This document shows, piece by piece, positions 29,416-43,514 of a stretch of DNA of 64,000 nucleotides (position 1 is the stretch's first letter; each line of letters opens with the position of its first letter). The notes beneath the pieces were generated by a model. The model saw nothing but the letters and a program-made list of their open reading frames with translations. It did not search any database and was not told the origin of the DNA. The stretch is from the NCBI GenBank assembly GCA_951406725.2, contig OX597835.1, positions 47,430,001 through 47,494,000 on the forward strand, given 5' to 3'. The DNA comes from Octopus vulgaris (lineage: Eukaryota). A program made the position numbers and the translations under genes.

Positions 29416-29684
29416 ACAAACACGCATGAACACGCACGCACACACATGCACACGTACACACACACATGCACACGCACACACACACGCTCACATAAAAATG
29501 AACGACGTCTGTCCTTCTCCTGAGACTCTGTCATGACGATGTTCACCTCGCTTCTACATTTTTGGGTTTTAACACAAGAAACATATGAAGGGATAATATT
29601 TCAGAGAATTCCATAGCATTTTCCCTCCTCTCTGTCTATATGCATTTAGCATGATACATAGGTGACGATATATATATATATGTA

Positions 29685-29984
29685 TAGGACAGTGAGCTGA
29701 GTGAAACGTTAGCACGCCGAGCAAAATGCCACACGGTATTTCGTCTGTCGCTACGTTCAGAGATCAAATTCCGCCGATGTCGACTTTGCCTTTCATCCTT
29801 TCGGGGTCGATAAATAAAGTACCAGTTACGCACTGGGGTCGATGTTAACGACTTAATCCCTTTGTCTGTCCTTGTTTGTCCTCCCTGTGTTTAGCCCCTT
29901 GTGGGTAGTAAAGAAATAGGTATTTCATCTGTCGCTACGTTCAGAGTTCAAATTCCGCCGAGGTCGACTTTGCCTTTCATCCTT
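29685..29984 (+). mobile_element. SINE family B (tail type 1) followed by a partial tandem second unit
   Basis: Full unit to ...GTAAAGAAATAG, then GGTATTTCATCTGTCGCTACGTTCAGAGTTCAAATTCCGCCGAGG repeats the internal segment. Confidence 0.88.
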
Positions 29985-30009
29985 ATACACACACACATAT
30001 ATATATACA

Positions 30010-30051
<42 letters not shown>

Positions 30052-30071
30052 TACATATACATGAATATATA

Positions 30072-30108
<37 letters not shown>

Positions 30109-30916
30109 CTCACACACACACACATATATATATATATACATACACATATGCATATATATGTTTGTATATATATACATAAATATATGTATATACATACACA
30201 TAAATACATATATATTTATATGAGTGTACATATATGTGTGTGTGTATGTGTACATATGTATATGTATACGTATATATATTACATATAAATTCATTATATA
30301 TATATATATATGTATATATGTATACATGTATATATATATACATACATATATATACATGTATACATATATACATATATACACAAATATATATACATATATA
30401 CATATATACACACATATATACATACATATATATACATATATATATGTATGTATATATTTGTCTATATGTACGTATTTGTGTATGCATGTATGTACATATA
30501 CAAATTAGTGGTTAAACGGAATAAAAAGGCTCTCGACACATTTAGTAGGAGTCACATGTTTATTTAAAATACGGTTCTATGCGAATCTGGAGCCTGAAAG
30601 AGATGGGCTTCTGTTAAGGGCCTGCGAAACTTTAAGTCACTTGAAACCGAATCAAACTGTTTTAAATAATAAATGTGTGTGTGTGTGTGTGTGCGTGCAT
30701 GCGCGTATATATATAAATATATTTATATATAGACTTACATGTATACATATACATGTATATATACATAGATATATCATATGTATATGTTCATATATATTTA
30801 TATGTACATACGTGTGTATTTATGTGTTCATGTTTATATATATATGTATATGTAAATGTATATATATATATGTATATTTGCGTATATGCATATATATATA
30901 TATAAATATGTATATA

Positions 30917-30979
<63 letters not shown>

Positions 30980-31157
30980 GTATGTATATATACATACATG
31001 TATGTATATACATACACTCATATACACACAAATATATACATATATACATATATACACACACATATATATGTAGATATATTTATATATGTATGCGTAAATT
31101 ATAATTATGAATTTGACTTGAGATTAAGATATAAAATGAAAATCACATATAACATGA

Positions 31158-31231
<74 letters not shown>

Positions 31232-31305
31232 ATAATAATAATAATAATAATAATAATAGTAATAATGCTAACAATAATAATAATAATAATAATAACAACA
31301 ATAAC

Positions 31306-31364
<59 letters not shown>

Positions 31365-31400
31365 TAATAACAGCAACAGCAATAATAATGGTAATAATAA
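31158..31400. repeat. (TAC)n/(TAA)n compound microsatellite
   Basis: Visible directly in the sequence. Confidence 0.95.
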
Positions 31401-31505
31401 TTACGGGTGTAATATGTCATTTAATCCCAGCCAACGCATATATATACGCATGTATACGAAATTACTAAGGGTAGCAAAAAAACACACGCAGAAATAAATA
31501 TATGC

Positions 31506-31554
<49 letters not shown>

Positions 31555-31582
31555 TATTTATATACCTACATACATACATGCA

Positions 31583-31652
<70 letters not shown>

Positions 31653-32039
31653 TATATATGCATAATTAAAATTATAGCATAGCATTACTAAAAAGATAAA
31701 AATAAATGAAAAAGGCAGCAAAACCACCCCCAAAATAAACACACTTTTAATAATTAAAGGTGAAATAAATAGCTGCAGCTATACATTTCGGGTGGTAATC
31801 TGGGTGTGGTGTCATGTGATGTTGGTGGGCGGGTAGAATATGCACAGGGTGGGAGAGCATTGATTTCAGCTTTTAAAAGCTTTCACAAAATTTAATAAAA
31901 ATAGAGATAAATTAATAAATGAATAAATAAAGATGGGAGAGATTGGATGGTGTTCTCAGGTCCAAGATTTTATGAGACAAATGGGAGGACGTATCCTTAC
32001 CGATATTGCTGCCGTTAAAGGGTTAAGTGGCAAACTATA

Positions 32040-32520
32040 ATGATGACACTAACAACAACAACAACAGCAACAACAGCAGCAGCAGCAACAACAACAACAA
32101 CAACAACAACAACAGCAGCAACAACAAAAACAATACCAACAGCAACAACAAAAACAATACCAACAGCAAAAAGGACAAAACAACGTTAACAACAACAGCA
32201 GCAGCAGCAGCAGCAACAACAACAACAACAACAACAACAGCAGCAGCAGCAACAACAACAACAACGACGACGACGACAACAACAACAACAGCAACAACAA
32301 AAACAATACCAACAGCAAAAATGACAAAACAACGTCAACAACGACAAAGATGTCGACAACAACGCCAGCAACAACAACAACAACGACAACAATAATAATA
32401 ATGATAAAAATGATGATGGTGATGATGATGATGGTGATGGTGATGATGGTGATGATCATAAAATTGAAAATATAAATAACAACAACAATAATAGCAATCA
32501 TGATCATCATGATGATCTTC
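32040..32520. repeat. (CAA)/(CAG)/(GAT) trinucleotide tract with a short internal duplication
   Basis: GCAACAACAAAAACAATACCAACAGCAAAAA.GACAAAACAACGT occurs at about 32140 and about 32290. Confidence 0.9.
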
Positions 32521-32666
32521 ATCGCTTGTCTTATAAACGTTGGAACTGAACGGTTCAACCAATTCACGTACATACACACGCACACAAACACACACAAACA
32601 CACACACTTACACTACATACACATTTCTATAAATGCATAAATATTTATGAGTATGGATCTACATAA

Positions 32667-32708
<42 letters not shown>

Positions 32709-32721
32709 CACACACACACAT

Positions 32722-32761
<40 letters not shown>

Positions 32762-32782
32762 CTGGAAGCTTTATGAAAATAG

Positions 32783-32834
<52 letters not shown>

Positions 32835-32882
32835 ATGTGTGTGTGTATATATACACACCACTTGCTGAAATCTAAGCCATAC

Positions 32883-32928
<46 letters not shown>

Positions 32929-33068
32929 CGTGATCACCGTGACCGAATAGGTTGTCACATGTTGCTACACATCGCTGGTCACAATGTGCTTCGCATTGTT
33001 TTAACCTTCAAATGATGCCATTTGAAGGCGTCATTCGAAGGCTATATATATATCTATATCTATATCTA

Positions 33069-33169
<101 letters not shown>

Positions 33170-33438
33170 GTATCTATCCATCTATATTTATATATATAAA
33201 ACCACGTAAACACTCACACAGACACATACACAAATTTATTTATTTATTCATTTATCTCTCTATTTCTCTCTCTTTCTCTCCCTCCCCTCTCTCTCTCTTT
33301 CTCTCTCTCTCTATATATATATATATGTTTATATAGATAGATAGATATATATATGTTTATATATACATATTCATACATAAAGTTCAGGTAAAATTGCGAT
33401 ACAAATGGAGTAAGATAACGTAAGTGTAGTGTGTGTGT

Positions 33439-33502
<64 letters not shown>

Positions 33503-33576
33503 CCATCTCTCTCTCTCTCTCTCTCTCTCTTATATATATATACTTACATATATATAAAAATATATATGCATAGATA

Positions 33577-33689
<113 letters not shown>

Positions 33690-33690
33690 T

Positions 33691-33841
<151 letters not shown>

Positions 33842-35361
33842 ATGAACTGCACGGACGCAGGAATTCCTGTAAGAAATTCAGCGACATATACCTCCATACT
33901 GTTATTAACATCAGGTAGCCAAATAATGTGAACGTGCTTTAAACAGCATACTACAGGTGTATACCTAAGTATAAAATTATTACTCATACATACATGAATA
34001 CACATACACATAAATTTGTACATATATAATATGCATATATACCTATATATATTATATATACCTATATATATATATGTGTGCATGAGTGTATGTATGTGTA
34101 AAAATACATGATTATACACCTACATATCTGTATGTGTTTGTGCATATACACAAATAAATATACGTATACTTACGTACATGCATTTATGCACAAACATAGA
34201 GACAAACGCAGGAATGACATATATATATAACACATTTATGCGTATTTTGTTTTTTTTTTCATGTGTATGTGTATGTGTGTGTATGTATAAACGCTCACGT
34301 ACATGTATATACACATATATGTATATATATTTTTACCGTGAAAACATGAAAATAAATTTAGAATAAATTACCATACTCTAGTGAGTGGTATTGAGTGCTC
34401 ATTGAATTGTTTTGTATATAACTACACAAATATATAGATATTAATATATTTATGTATATATATACACAAGCACACACAAACACATACAAACACACGAAGA
34501 TACCCACACACATATTCATACACACAATTACGTATCTATATAAGTGTGTGTGTGTGTGTGTGTGTATGTGTGTGTGTGTGTGTAGTAACCTGTATGAAAA
34601 AAATCCATTCTGCAATTTTTCTGTGCAGTGAGTAAAACTAATTTTAATATTCTAAATTAGAAAATATAATTAATCGTTTCAAAAATTTAGTTTTGGGTAA
34701 ACCTTGATCTTAATCCTGATTACACATTTATTTATTTCTATATTTCTCTTTATTTTTCTTTATTTATTCATTTTGCATATGTAAACATCTACTCCGAAGT
34801 TAAACGATATTCATTATGGTTCTTAAATAAATATCTATTTTATAGGAGGAAATAAATACTTACTAGACTAAGAACTAAAACACCAGGATGCTTTTATACA
34901 AATAAATCTCAGACATATTTTTTCCACTATCTTTCGTATCAGCTCTCTTTCTATTTCGTTTATTTAAAAACAGTATATGTAAATATTCAGTTGGTGCATT
35001 AAAACTTAATATAAGTAACAATAGGTTCCGTTGAATTTCAGTTTTAAAGTATCTGGAAATTGTCAGAATCGCTTTCACTTATTAAATGCAAAAATTCTTG
35101 ATAGATGACATCCATTTGATAGAGCCATTTTACTTGGTTTCAGCAGAAATTTTCACTTTTTTCTTTTTATATTTTTTTTTACTTCAATCTTTCTGACGAA
35201 GAACAAATCTTCGCTACAAATTAACTCGGTTTGAATTTTTTAATTGACAACAAATTCTACTGTTACGTTCTTAAGCTACACAGCCACATATATAAATATA
35301 TGCATGTATGTATAAATGTATAAATATATATATATAAATATATGCAGATATAAATATATAT

Positions 35362-35579
35362 AATTATATAAAGTTAATCCAAACATGAAAGCACAAAAAA
35401 AAACACAACAACGCGAGGACGTGGAACAAATATAGTATTATTGGACGCTCAGGAAAGAAGGAAAGAAGGAGGGTTTAATGTTTCGAGCGGAGCTCTTCGT
35501 CAGAAACATAGGAAAAGGAAAGATCCAGAGAAGGGAAGACAGAGGAAAAAAACATCGCCAACGGTACACACGCGGTCAT
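35362..35579 (-). mobile_element. Hammerhead cassette family H1, about 215 bp
   Basis: Near-identical to 14456-14657; hammerhead at 35473-35507: GUUU-CUGACGA-A-GAGC-UCC-GCUC-GAAAC-AU-U-AAAC. Confidence 0.8.
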
Positions 35580-35736
35580 TTATACATATGTACACATATA
35601 CATACATGTATGTATGCATGTATGTATGTATGCATGTACGTATGTATGTATGTGTGTATGTATGAATGCATGAATGTATACATATATATATATATATATA
35701 AGTATGAATGTATTTATATATATATATATATATATA

Positions 35737-35788
<52 letters not shown>

Positions 35789-36011
35789 TATATATAATTG
35801 AGATTCAGTTGAATTAGGTACTTAAGTTGAAGCACCAAGTCAGTCCAGTATTATTCTCACAGCTCTTAGTAAAGTGAATAAAATCAAAATAACTGTAGTC
35901 TATTCTTAGCTACAATAGCGACAACATGAATTTCTTCTATCTTTTTGCTCTGTTAAAATATCTGAGAAAAATTATATTAATATGTCCAACTGGTTAAAAT
36001 TCTATTTAATT

Positions 36012-36099
36012 ATGCAGCTGATGATAGCACTACATTTAAATTGATGCAATGATGGCATCATTCAATCAAATGGAACCGCTTGAAACGGTCGTACTGCAT
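36012..36099 (+). ncRNA. Type I hammerhead ribozyme with a canonical core
   Basis: AUGCAG-CUGAUGA-UAGC...(UGAUGC/GCAUCA inner helix)...GCUU-GAAAC-GGUC-GUA-CUGCAU: perfect 6-bp stem I, intact CUGAUGA and GAAA, predicted cleavage after 36093. Confidence 0.85.
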
Positions 36100-36197
36100 C
36101 ACTTCTTGATATCCTGTTGCTTCTTTTCATTACATACACACATACATACATACATACATACATACATACATACATACATACATACATACTATATAAG

Positions 36198-36228
<31 letters not shown>

Positions 36229-36375
36229 TCATTAAGTTCGTTTACGCACTTTTGAGTCTGCATATAAAAGCTCCTATTATATATAGTCCGTTACCTCTTA
36301 GTGATTCCATCCTGCCACAACAGTTTTGTGGAATCGTACCAAGCTGTGCCGATATATCGTAGAATAAATATATAC

Positions 36376-36566
36376 ATATAGTAATAATAATCCATCGATG
36401 GAATTTATAAATATTTTAATGCATCGCTACGCCCGTTTTCACAAATCAAATGTTTTGGTGACCATAGTCTGTATTCCTGGGATGATTACAATACAATCTG
36501 TAATACTCAAAGACAAGGGAGGGTCTTTGTTCACGCGTTTATTATTTCAATCGATTATCTTCTTAT

Positions 36567-36572
<6 letters not shown>
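36376..36572. mobile_element. MITE-like island with imperfect terminal inverted repeats of about 35 bp in a TA context
   Basis: TATAGTAATAATAATCCATCGATGGAA versus TTCAATCGATTATCTTCTTATTACTATA. Confidence 0.5.
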
Positions 36573-36653
<81 letters not shown>

Positions 36654-36674
36654 TAGATAGATAGATAGATAGAT

Positions 36675-37351
36675 AAGAAAGTTGGTTTGTGAAAGCACGT
36701 GGGTGAATATATAGAAAATAGTAAAGAGTGAAAAAACTACAGAAGGCTTAAATGTTAAAAAATATATATATTTGCGTCAATATGTCTGAAGAATATTAGA
36801 AAATTAAAAAAAATATTTTTTTCTCTTATAATGACATAATTTAAAAGAAAGACCGGTTTCGCGTGTAGCTTTTCAAATTTCTTGCGACGTTATGTTTATG
36901 TTGAATAGAGTTTTCGTTATGCATGTATGTGTGAGTGTGTGTGTGTATAAGAGAGAAATAGAAGGAGAGAGAGAGAGGCAATTATGCGGATAAAAGAGCT
37001 TAATATATTAAATATAATGTAATACAGTTAGCTATCCACATTTAATGATTCCATCTTTGAACTTCTCTGCATTAATATCTGAAATGTGAGATCTTCTCTA
37101 CCCTGATGACGGAGGCACGTCTTATCCAGTGTTGATTGCCTCCATTACGGCCGCATATTGTGATCAACTACATCTACCAAGATTATTATGGATCTCCAAC
37201 CCCAGAAACAGCTGTTGGACTTATAACACCTTACTTCCGCACCTTTCTTCCACTGCTAGCTGGGTATCATTCGAAAGCTGCAACAATACAGGGAAGCACA
37301 TTGTGACTAGCGGTTTATAGCAAAATTGAGTAGTGTGGTCTACATAGTGAT

Positions 37352-37355
<4 letters not shown>
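36675..37355. mobile_element. (TA)n-bounded island with several decayed hammerhead motifs
   Basis: Minus 36846-36882 AGAAA-UUUGAAAA-GC..GC-GAAACCGGUC-UUUCU; plus 37103-37155 CUGAUGA-C-GGAGGCA...UGCCUCC-(AUUAC)-GGCC-GCA; GAAACAGCUGU at 37205. Confidence 0.45.
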
Positions 37356-37423
<68 letters not shown>

Positions 37424-37487
37424 CAAGAAGGGTAGTAATAATACGAATTAGACAAAATATTATTCATAAAGAAAAATATTATTCATG

Positions 37488-37545
<58 letters not shown>

Positions 37546-38644
37546 TGGGTGTGTACATATGTATGTATACATCAATGTGCTCGTAAATACATATATATTT
37601 CAAGATGTATGTGTAGCGAGAAAAAAGAAAGATAAAGAGAGAGAGAGAGAGAAATGGAGATAGAGAAAAAGAGGAGAGAAGCTTTGCTTTGACGAGCGGT
37701 AAGTTAAGGAATGGTTTGGGAACTTCCTAAATGACTTCTTAAGGGACTACAAATAGATCTGTTGAAAAAGTCCCGTGCACAATTGGAAGCAACACATCAC
37801 GAACTGATTTAGAGATTAGAAACGAGTTTATGTAAAAATCAAATCACACAGGTGAGATAGCAACTGAGCATGCGCAATGATTTTTTAAAAAAGAGCAATA
37901 TAAAAAATTCGATGTCAACGAGTATAAAAATTATGGTTTTAAAGATAAGGTTTTTTTTCCTGTTGAAGAAATGTAAAATAGCGATACCTGTGGCCGTCGT
38001 ATATAAGTGGATAAACAGGATTAAATACGTGAATCAACTCATTCAGTATATTTATAGCTTAATTGTATTTTTTTTGCAGTTGATTGTGAAGGACTCGCTA
38101 ATAACAGCTGAACGGATTTAAATTACACTCGGCGCGGCTTCACAAAGTAACGTTGTTATCTTACGTTAATTACTTTTCACTGTACGTCAACGGAGTCTAT
38201 TTTAACGTCACCAAAAAGAATATATGGTCTGTGTCGGTTGAAATAAGTTCACTTCTTTCTGTCTACAGTTGGAGTTGAGGTAGAGGTAGAGGATGATACA
38301 GGTTTTTTCTGTAAGACATAGGTTGCACAACACTGATTTATTAGATAATATGCTACCAAACATTGGAACTCTATTATCAAGTATTCTCCATACTCGTGGA
38401 ATCTCCTTTAAGTCTTGATCTCCAGATATATTTAGAAAGAATGGTCACAATCTCTAGCTGTTAGAGCTGGAACGAACTGATAAAATAAACTGATGTCCAT
38501 TGCGTAGATTATGGTTGGCAAAGTATCTGGAAAGGGTCAGTTCAAAGTTGAAACCCGAGAAAGATTTATTTTATGAGAGACCAGTTGCTGCCCACGTAGC
38601 AAGCTTCTTTGTCACCGATGTTCGCTCAGGTAAAAGCATGGCCA

Positions 38645-38731
<87 letters not shown>

Positions 38732-38765
38732 TACGGTGAACCCAGAATACAAAGAACTGGAACAA

Positions 38766-39830
38766 ATATTCTTTTCTACTCTAGGCACAAGGCCCGAAAT
38801 TTTGGGGAGGTGTGGCGGTCGATAAGATCGACCCTAGGACGCAACTGATACTTAATGTACCAACCCCGAAATGATGAAAGTCAAAGTCGACCTCGGCGTA
38901 ATTTGAACTCAGAACGTAAAGACAGTCGAAATCCCGCTAAGCATTTCACCCGGCCTGCTAACGTTTCCGCCAGCTCCTCGAACTGGAACTTAGAACTGGA
39001 ACAAACATTGCAAAGCCTTTTGTCCGATGCATCGCCAATCCACTGCCCTGAGTTCGTATTTTATGTTATCACGCACGAGAGGAGAGGATATAAGGCATTG
39101 TTGACTTCCGTGGGATTTCAGCTCAGACCGTAGCTAAATACTGCGAAGCATTTTGTCCTTTGTTTTAACAATTTGTTAGTTTAACCACCCTCAGCAGATA
39201 CTTTAGTTTATCGAACCTGGAAGAATGGATTTGCAAAGTTGACCTCGGCGGGACTCGAATTCTGAATGTAAAACATGGTAACTAATCATCGCAAAACATT
39301 TTGTCTGTTACTGGAATGATTCTGCTAATATTCCACTACTTATGACTGTAAAACTTAGGATATGTTCTATTTAAAAAAAAAAAAATGTTATTTATAATTC
39401 AACTTTTTCTGACCCAATTAGTTATCAGGCTATGCCTATGCCATTGCTGGTTCTTACGCTGTGTTTACCTGTAATTAAAATCGATTGCTTCATCAGTAAA
39501 CCACTTATCATTTATAGGCTGACTATATAATTCATCCTTTCGGGGTTCGATTAAATAAGTACCAGTTCTGCACTGGGGTCGATGCGATTGACTTAATTGC
39601 TTCCTTCAAATTTTAGGCCTTCTACTTTACAGTAGAAAGGATTAAGGCGATGAGCTGGCAGAATCGTTAGTTCGCTGGAACGAAATGCTTAGCGGTATTT
39701 CGCCCGTCGCTACGTTCTGAGTCTGAATTCCGCCGAGTTCGACTTTGCCTTTCATCATTTCGGGATCGATGAATTATGTACCAATTGAACACTGGGGTCG
39801 ATGTAATTGACTTAACTACTCCTTGGTATG
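38766..39830. mobile_element. Cluster of family B SINEs: minus 38766-38980, decayed minus copies to about 39335, plus 39530-39643 and 39646-39820
   Basis: Repeated AAAGTCGACCTCGGCG / CATCCTTTCGGGG / CACTGGGGTCGATG motifs; GAACTGGAAC flanks the first copy. Confidence 0.8.
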
Positions 39831-40938
39831 AGTATAAAAAAAAACTGCATCTCTCTGCCAAGCCACTTTGAGCCAGTTTGGCAGAGTAGGCTCATCAAAC
39901 CAACATGATCTCAAGCTTAAATTCACGCCCTATACATCAGACTGTGGTTTGGTGGAGAGAACATGCCGAGACCTTTGTCTTGTAGTGGACTTAAAATGAG
40001 TAATCCAGATCTAATCATTTATACAAAGCCGTCTGAGATAGTTAGACCTCTCCCTTTTCGAATCACGTACCTTCTGGCATTTTATTTCGAAGATACTCGT
40101 GGAAATAATCACAAGAATACAGTGGCAGTAAGATTAAGAAATTCACCTTGTAAACACGAAGTTTGGGATTTGGTCTTACAGATAGAAAGCTTCGGCAAGT
40201 TTTTCGTAATCATATTCTTGAGTCGAACAAAAAAAAAAAACAAGCGAGAGAAATTTGATAGACTGGCAAATTGTATGAGAGAGCGTTCCTGTTTTTGTTC
40301 GCTCTCTTAATCCTTTGCTTGGATTAAGCATTACCACACTGGATGATGAGGGTGAACGTCTTTTGTGGAAACCACTGTGTCGGAAGCATCCGGGTCAAAA
40401 AACGGATGGGAGAGGATAATTTCTCTTTAATTCCTTACTTTATTACATCATTGTGTGAGACTCTGGGAGCCATAAACACCACCTCTGCCTTTTCTGTTTT
40501 CACTAAGCAATAAAAGATCCCCACCAAACACCAAACTAGCCTCACCCCCAGAATATTAGCTGATGTAAATCCAGAGACAGTAGCTCAGAGACAATCGAAT
40601 TCCATGTTGCATTAATGCTCATCCGGAATTTGGACTTTAACCCCAGCTATATCCCGGAGCCGGTAACTACACAATGCAAATATAATTGTATCAGTGCACT
40701 ACATACAAAATCGAATCTGTTCCTCTGGAATGGTCAGCAATATGTTCTTTCTCTTTCGACAAGTCGGCTGATACACGCTTTGAGGTCAGCCACATTTGTT
40801 AGGGTTATAACCTGAGGATTTTTGCCTGGGTGAGGTGAAGAATAACAAATAACTGTAGTTATAAACTGTGCGATAATGAAGAGAGGCATAAATATGTTCT
40901 CACATTAACACGTTCAGTGATACGCACACATACACACA

Positions 40939-41001
<63 letters not shown>

Positions 41002-41113
41002 AGGGATACGAATACACACACTCACACGTATATTCCAAGCATATGTTTCCTATGAGCATATCCTTCGAAGGCGATTTTTCATCCACGTCTGTCTTTGTCT
41101 GCCTGTCTGCCTG

Positions 41114-41161
<48 letters not shown>

Positions 41162-41200
41162 TATATATACATATATATACAAATATATACATATATATAC

Positions 41201-41248
<48 letters not shown>

Positions 41249-41358
41249 AGAAGAGGGGTAGATAGATAGATAGACAGACACATACATACACACACGCGTG
41301 CGCGTGCACACACACACACACACACACATATATACACACACATTATCTCTCTCTATAT

Positions 41359-42246
41359 ATTGGGTCATCCCATAAATAATGCCTTTTTTATACTTTTATT
41401 TTTCAGAATTAAGATAAGTAAAGTTCTATTTTAATCTAAAATATACTCTCCTTCATTTTCTATAATGTTCTTCCGTCTATCTGGTAGACTTTCAAGGCCC
41501 CTCTTCCAAAATTCACTTGCCCTTGACGAAGAACACTCTTTCAATACAGTTCTGACGTCGTCCACAGAATTCATATTTTTTTCTGTACAAATGATTTTGA
41601 AGAGTGCGGAATAAATGATAATCAGGTGGGAGAATGTCCGGCGAATATAGTGGGTGGGGTGTCGTTTCCCATTCAAACTACTCCAGCCTTTGTAATGTTA
41701 TCCTCGCTGTATGTGGCCGACTATTGTCATGATGGAAGAACACCTCTCATCTTGAAACAAAAGATTCTGACTTCACCGATGGCACGTAGGTGCCGATGAG
41801 TGGTTGAATGACCAAATCCAAGCTTCTCTGCTAGCTCCTCAACAGGTCGATGGGATTTTGTTCCACTAGGGTTTGCAGGACGTCCTCGTCGAGCTCTACA
41901 GCTCTTCCAAAACAAGGCTTGTCTTCTAGGTTGTAGTTTCCGGCTCGGAATTTCTGGAGCCGTCGTTGTCACAGTCCGATCCCAATATACTACATAAATA
42001 TTTCTCGCACATTCCATTGTGTTGTCGCCTTAACTCATAAAACAAAATATGCCGAATATGCTCCTTTGTCGCTTCCATTATAGCTTTGAAAAAAATAACT
42101 GTTAAAATCGAACTGCACTCTTCAAAATTTACACTAAGAATAAGGGCAAGGTAAAATTACTACCTGCTTTTATAGCAAGTTGATGCAAGTAGTTTATCCC
42201 GTCCCCCTTCTGAATTTACTTCATGCAATTGAAAAAATAAAAAGCA
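41359..42246 (-). mobile_element. Internally deleted mariner transposon fossil
   Basis: ATG at 42078 gives MEATKEHIRHILFYE; VEELAEKLGFGHSTTHRHL; HPLYSPDILPPDYHLFR (YSPDL motif); C-terminus FWKRGLESLPDRRKNIIENEGEYILD*; TIR-like TATTGGGTCATCCCATAAATAATGC at the left end. Confidence 0.9.
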
Positions 42247-42699
42247 GTGACAAAATCATCATCAACATAAAAAAAAAACATTAGACGGGATGGTCACAGC
42301 TTCCACATGTGGAATCATTACCAATCTTCTCTCCGTTCAAGAAATTATGTAATTCGAACAAACATTTTAAGAAATCCATGTCACTGCAACTTTGTGTTAG
42401 CAATGCATCTTAAGTTGCAGTGCTGCAATCGCCAGTTCTTTCATGCGTTTCTATAACTGGAATGATAACACTGGCCTACGCTAATGAATTTAACATTAGA
42501 AAAGGACGTCTACAAGGGGAGGACTAAAGAGTTTTGTACATAGGCGGTGTGCTCCAGCATGGCCGCAGTCAAATATCTGAAACAAGTAAAAGAGAGTAAA
42601 AAAGAGTATACATACATATACATAGAAATATATATATATACGCATACATACACCCGCACACACATATGTACATATACATATATGTATTTTTCGACTGAC

Positions 42700-43480
42700 C
42701 ATTACTTCTGCAGACAGTTTGATAAATCATTTGTTTAATTCTGCGCGGCGATGCAAACAAGAAGAGCGCCTCCTTAATCCGGAGAGGGTAGCATATTTCA
42801 GCCAAACAAAAGAAATTTATTCATGTGTTTATATTTACAAAAACTTTCGAATCTGGAATTTAGTAGGCCCGCGGAGACCTGAGATCTGAAAAGAATGTGA
42901 GATCGTTTGGCTGCATAAAGCCTGCACCTCTTCGATCCATTTACATATGGCATGGATCGCTCCACGATGCTCCAATTGATTGTGTAGAGTGGACATGCAG
43001 ATGCCATATATTGCTAACTTTGTGGTTTTATACTTACCCATGTGTCGGAAAGAAGTTTGATGGTTTGCGTGTCTTTTGCTTTTTGAAAATTACTTTCGCA
43101 ATAAACTAACCAAGTTTTCTTTTGGATTTCCTTATTTCGGAGCATTGCTTTAACTTCAGCTTCCTACAAAGAAGTTGATTTAGCATGCCTGATCGAGTGG
43201 GCAAATAAAAGGGTTTTGACAGTTACAACTTGGAGAAGGCTCTCGTCGTGGCCTGCGAATGATAAAGGCTTTCCATATTGGGAAATATTTCATTGCCCAT
43301 CCCTTTTATTTACAGATTTGATTATCATATCATAAGCAAGACTTCTTGAATTGTATAACACCTGTCATCTCACCGGGATTCTCTGCATAATCTCAATACT
43401 GGACGGACTGTATTTGATGCATTGGTTAATAAATTTTATTGATCGGTTACCGAATCAGCTGTATTTTCTATATAAACTGT
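42700..43480 (-). pseudogene. Penelope-like element ORF 3' part (GIY-YIG endonuclease), decayed
   Basis: SCNCQNPFICPLDQAC; YTINWSIVERSMPYVNGSKRCRLY; LLNSRFESFCKYKHMNKFLL, matching the PLE LNKRSE..SKCRH.NKFLL terminus. Confidence 0.8.
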
Positions 43481-43514
43481 GTTTTACCGCTATCACTGGA
43501 CTAATCCTACTAAA

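Noticed and set aside
34860-35150. Possible GIY-YIG C-terminus (FKVSGNCQNRFHLL) upstream of the 35193 relic
   Set aside because: Similarity too weak to call by eye.
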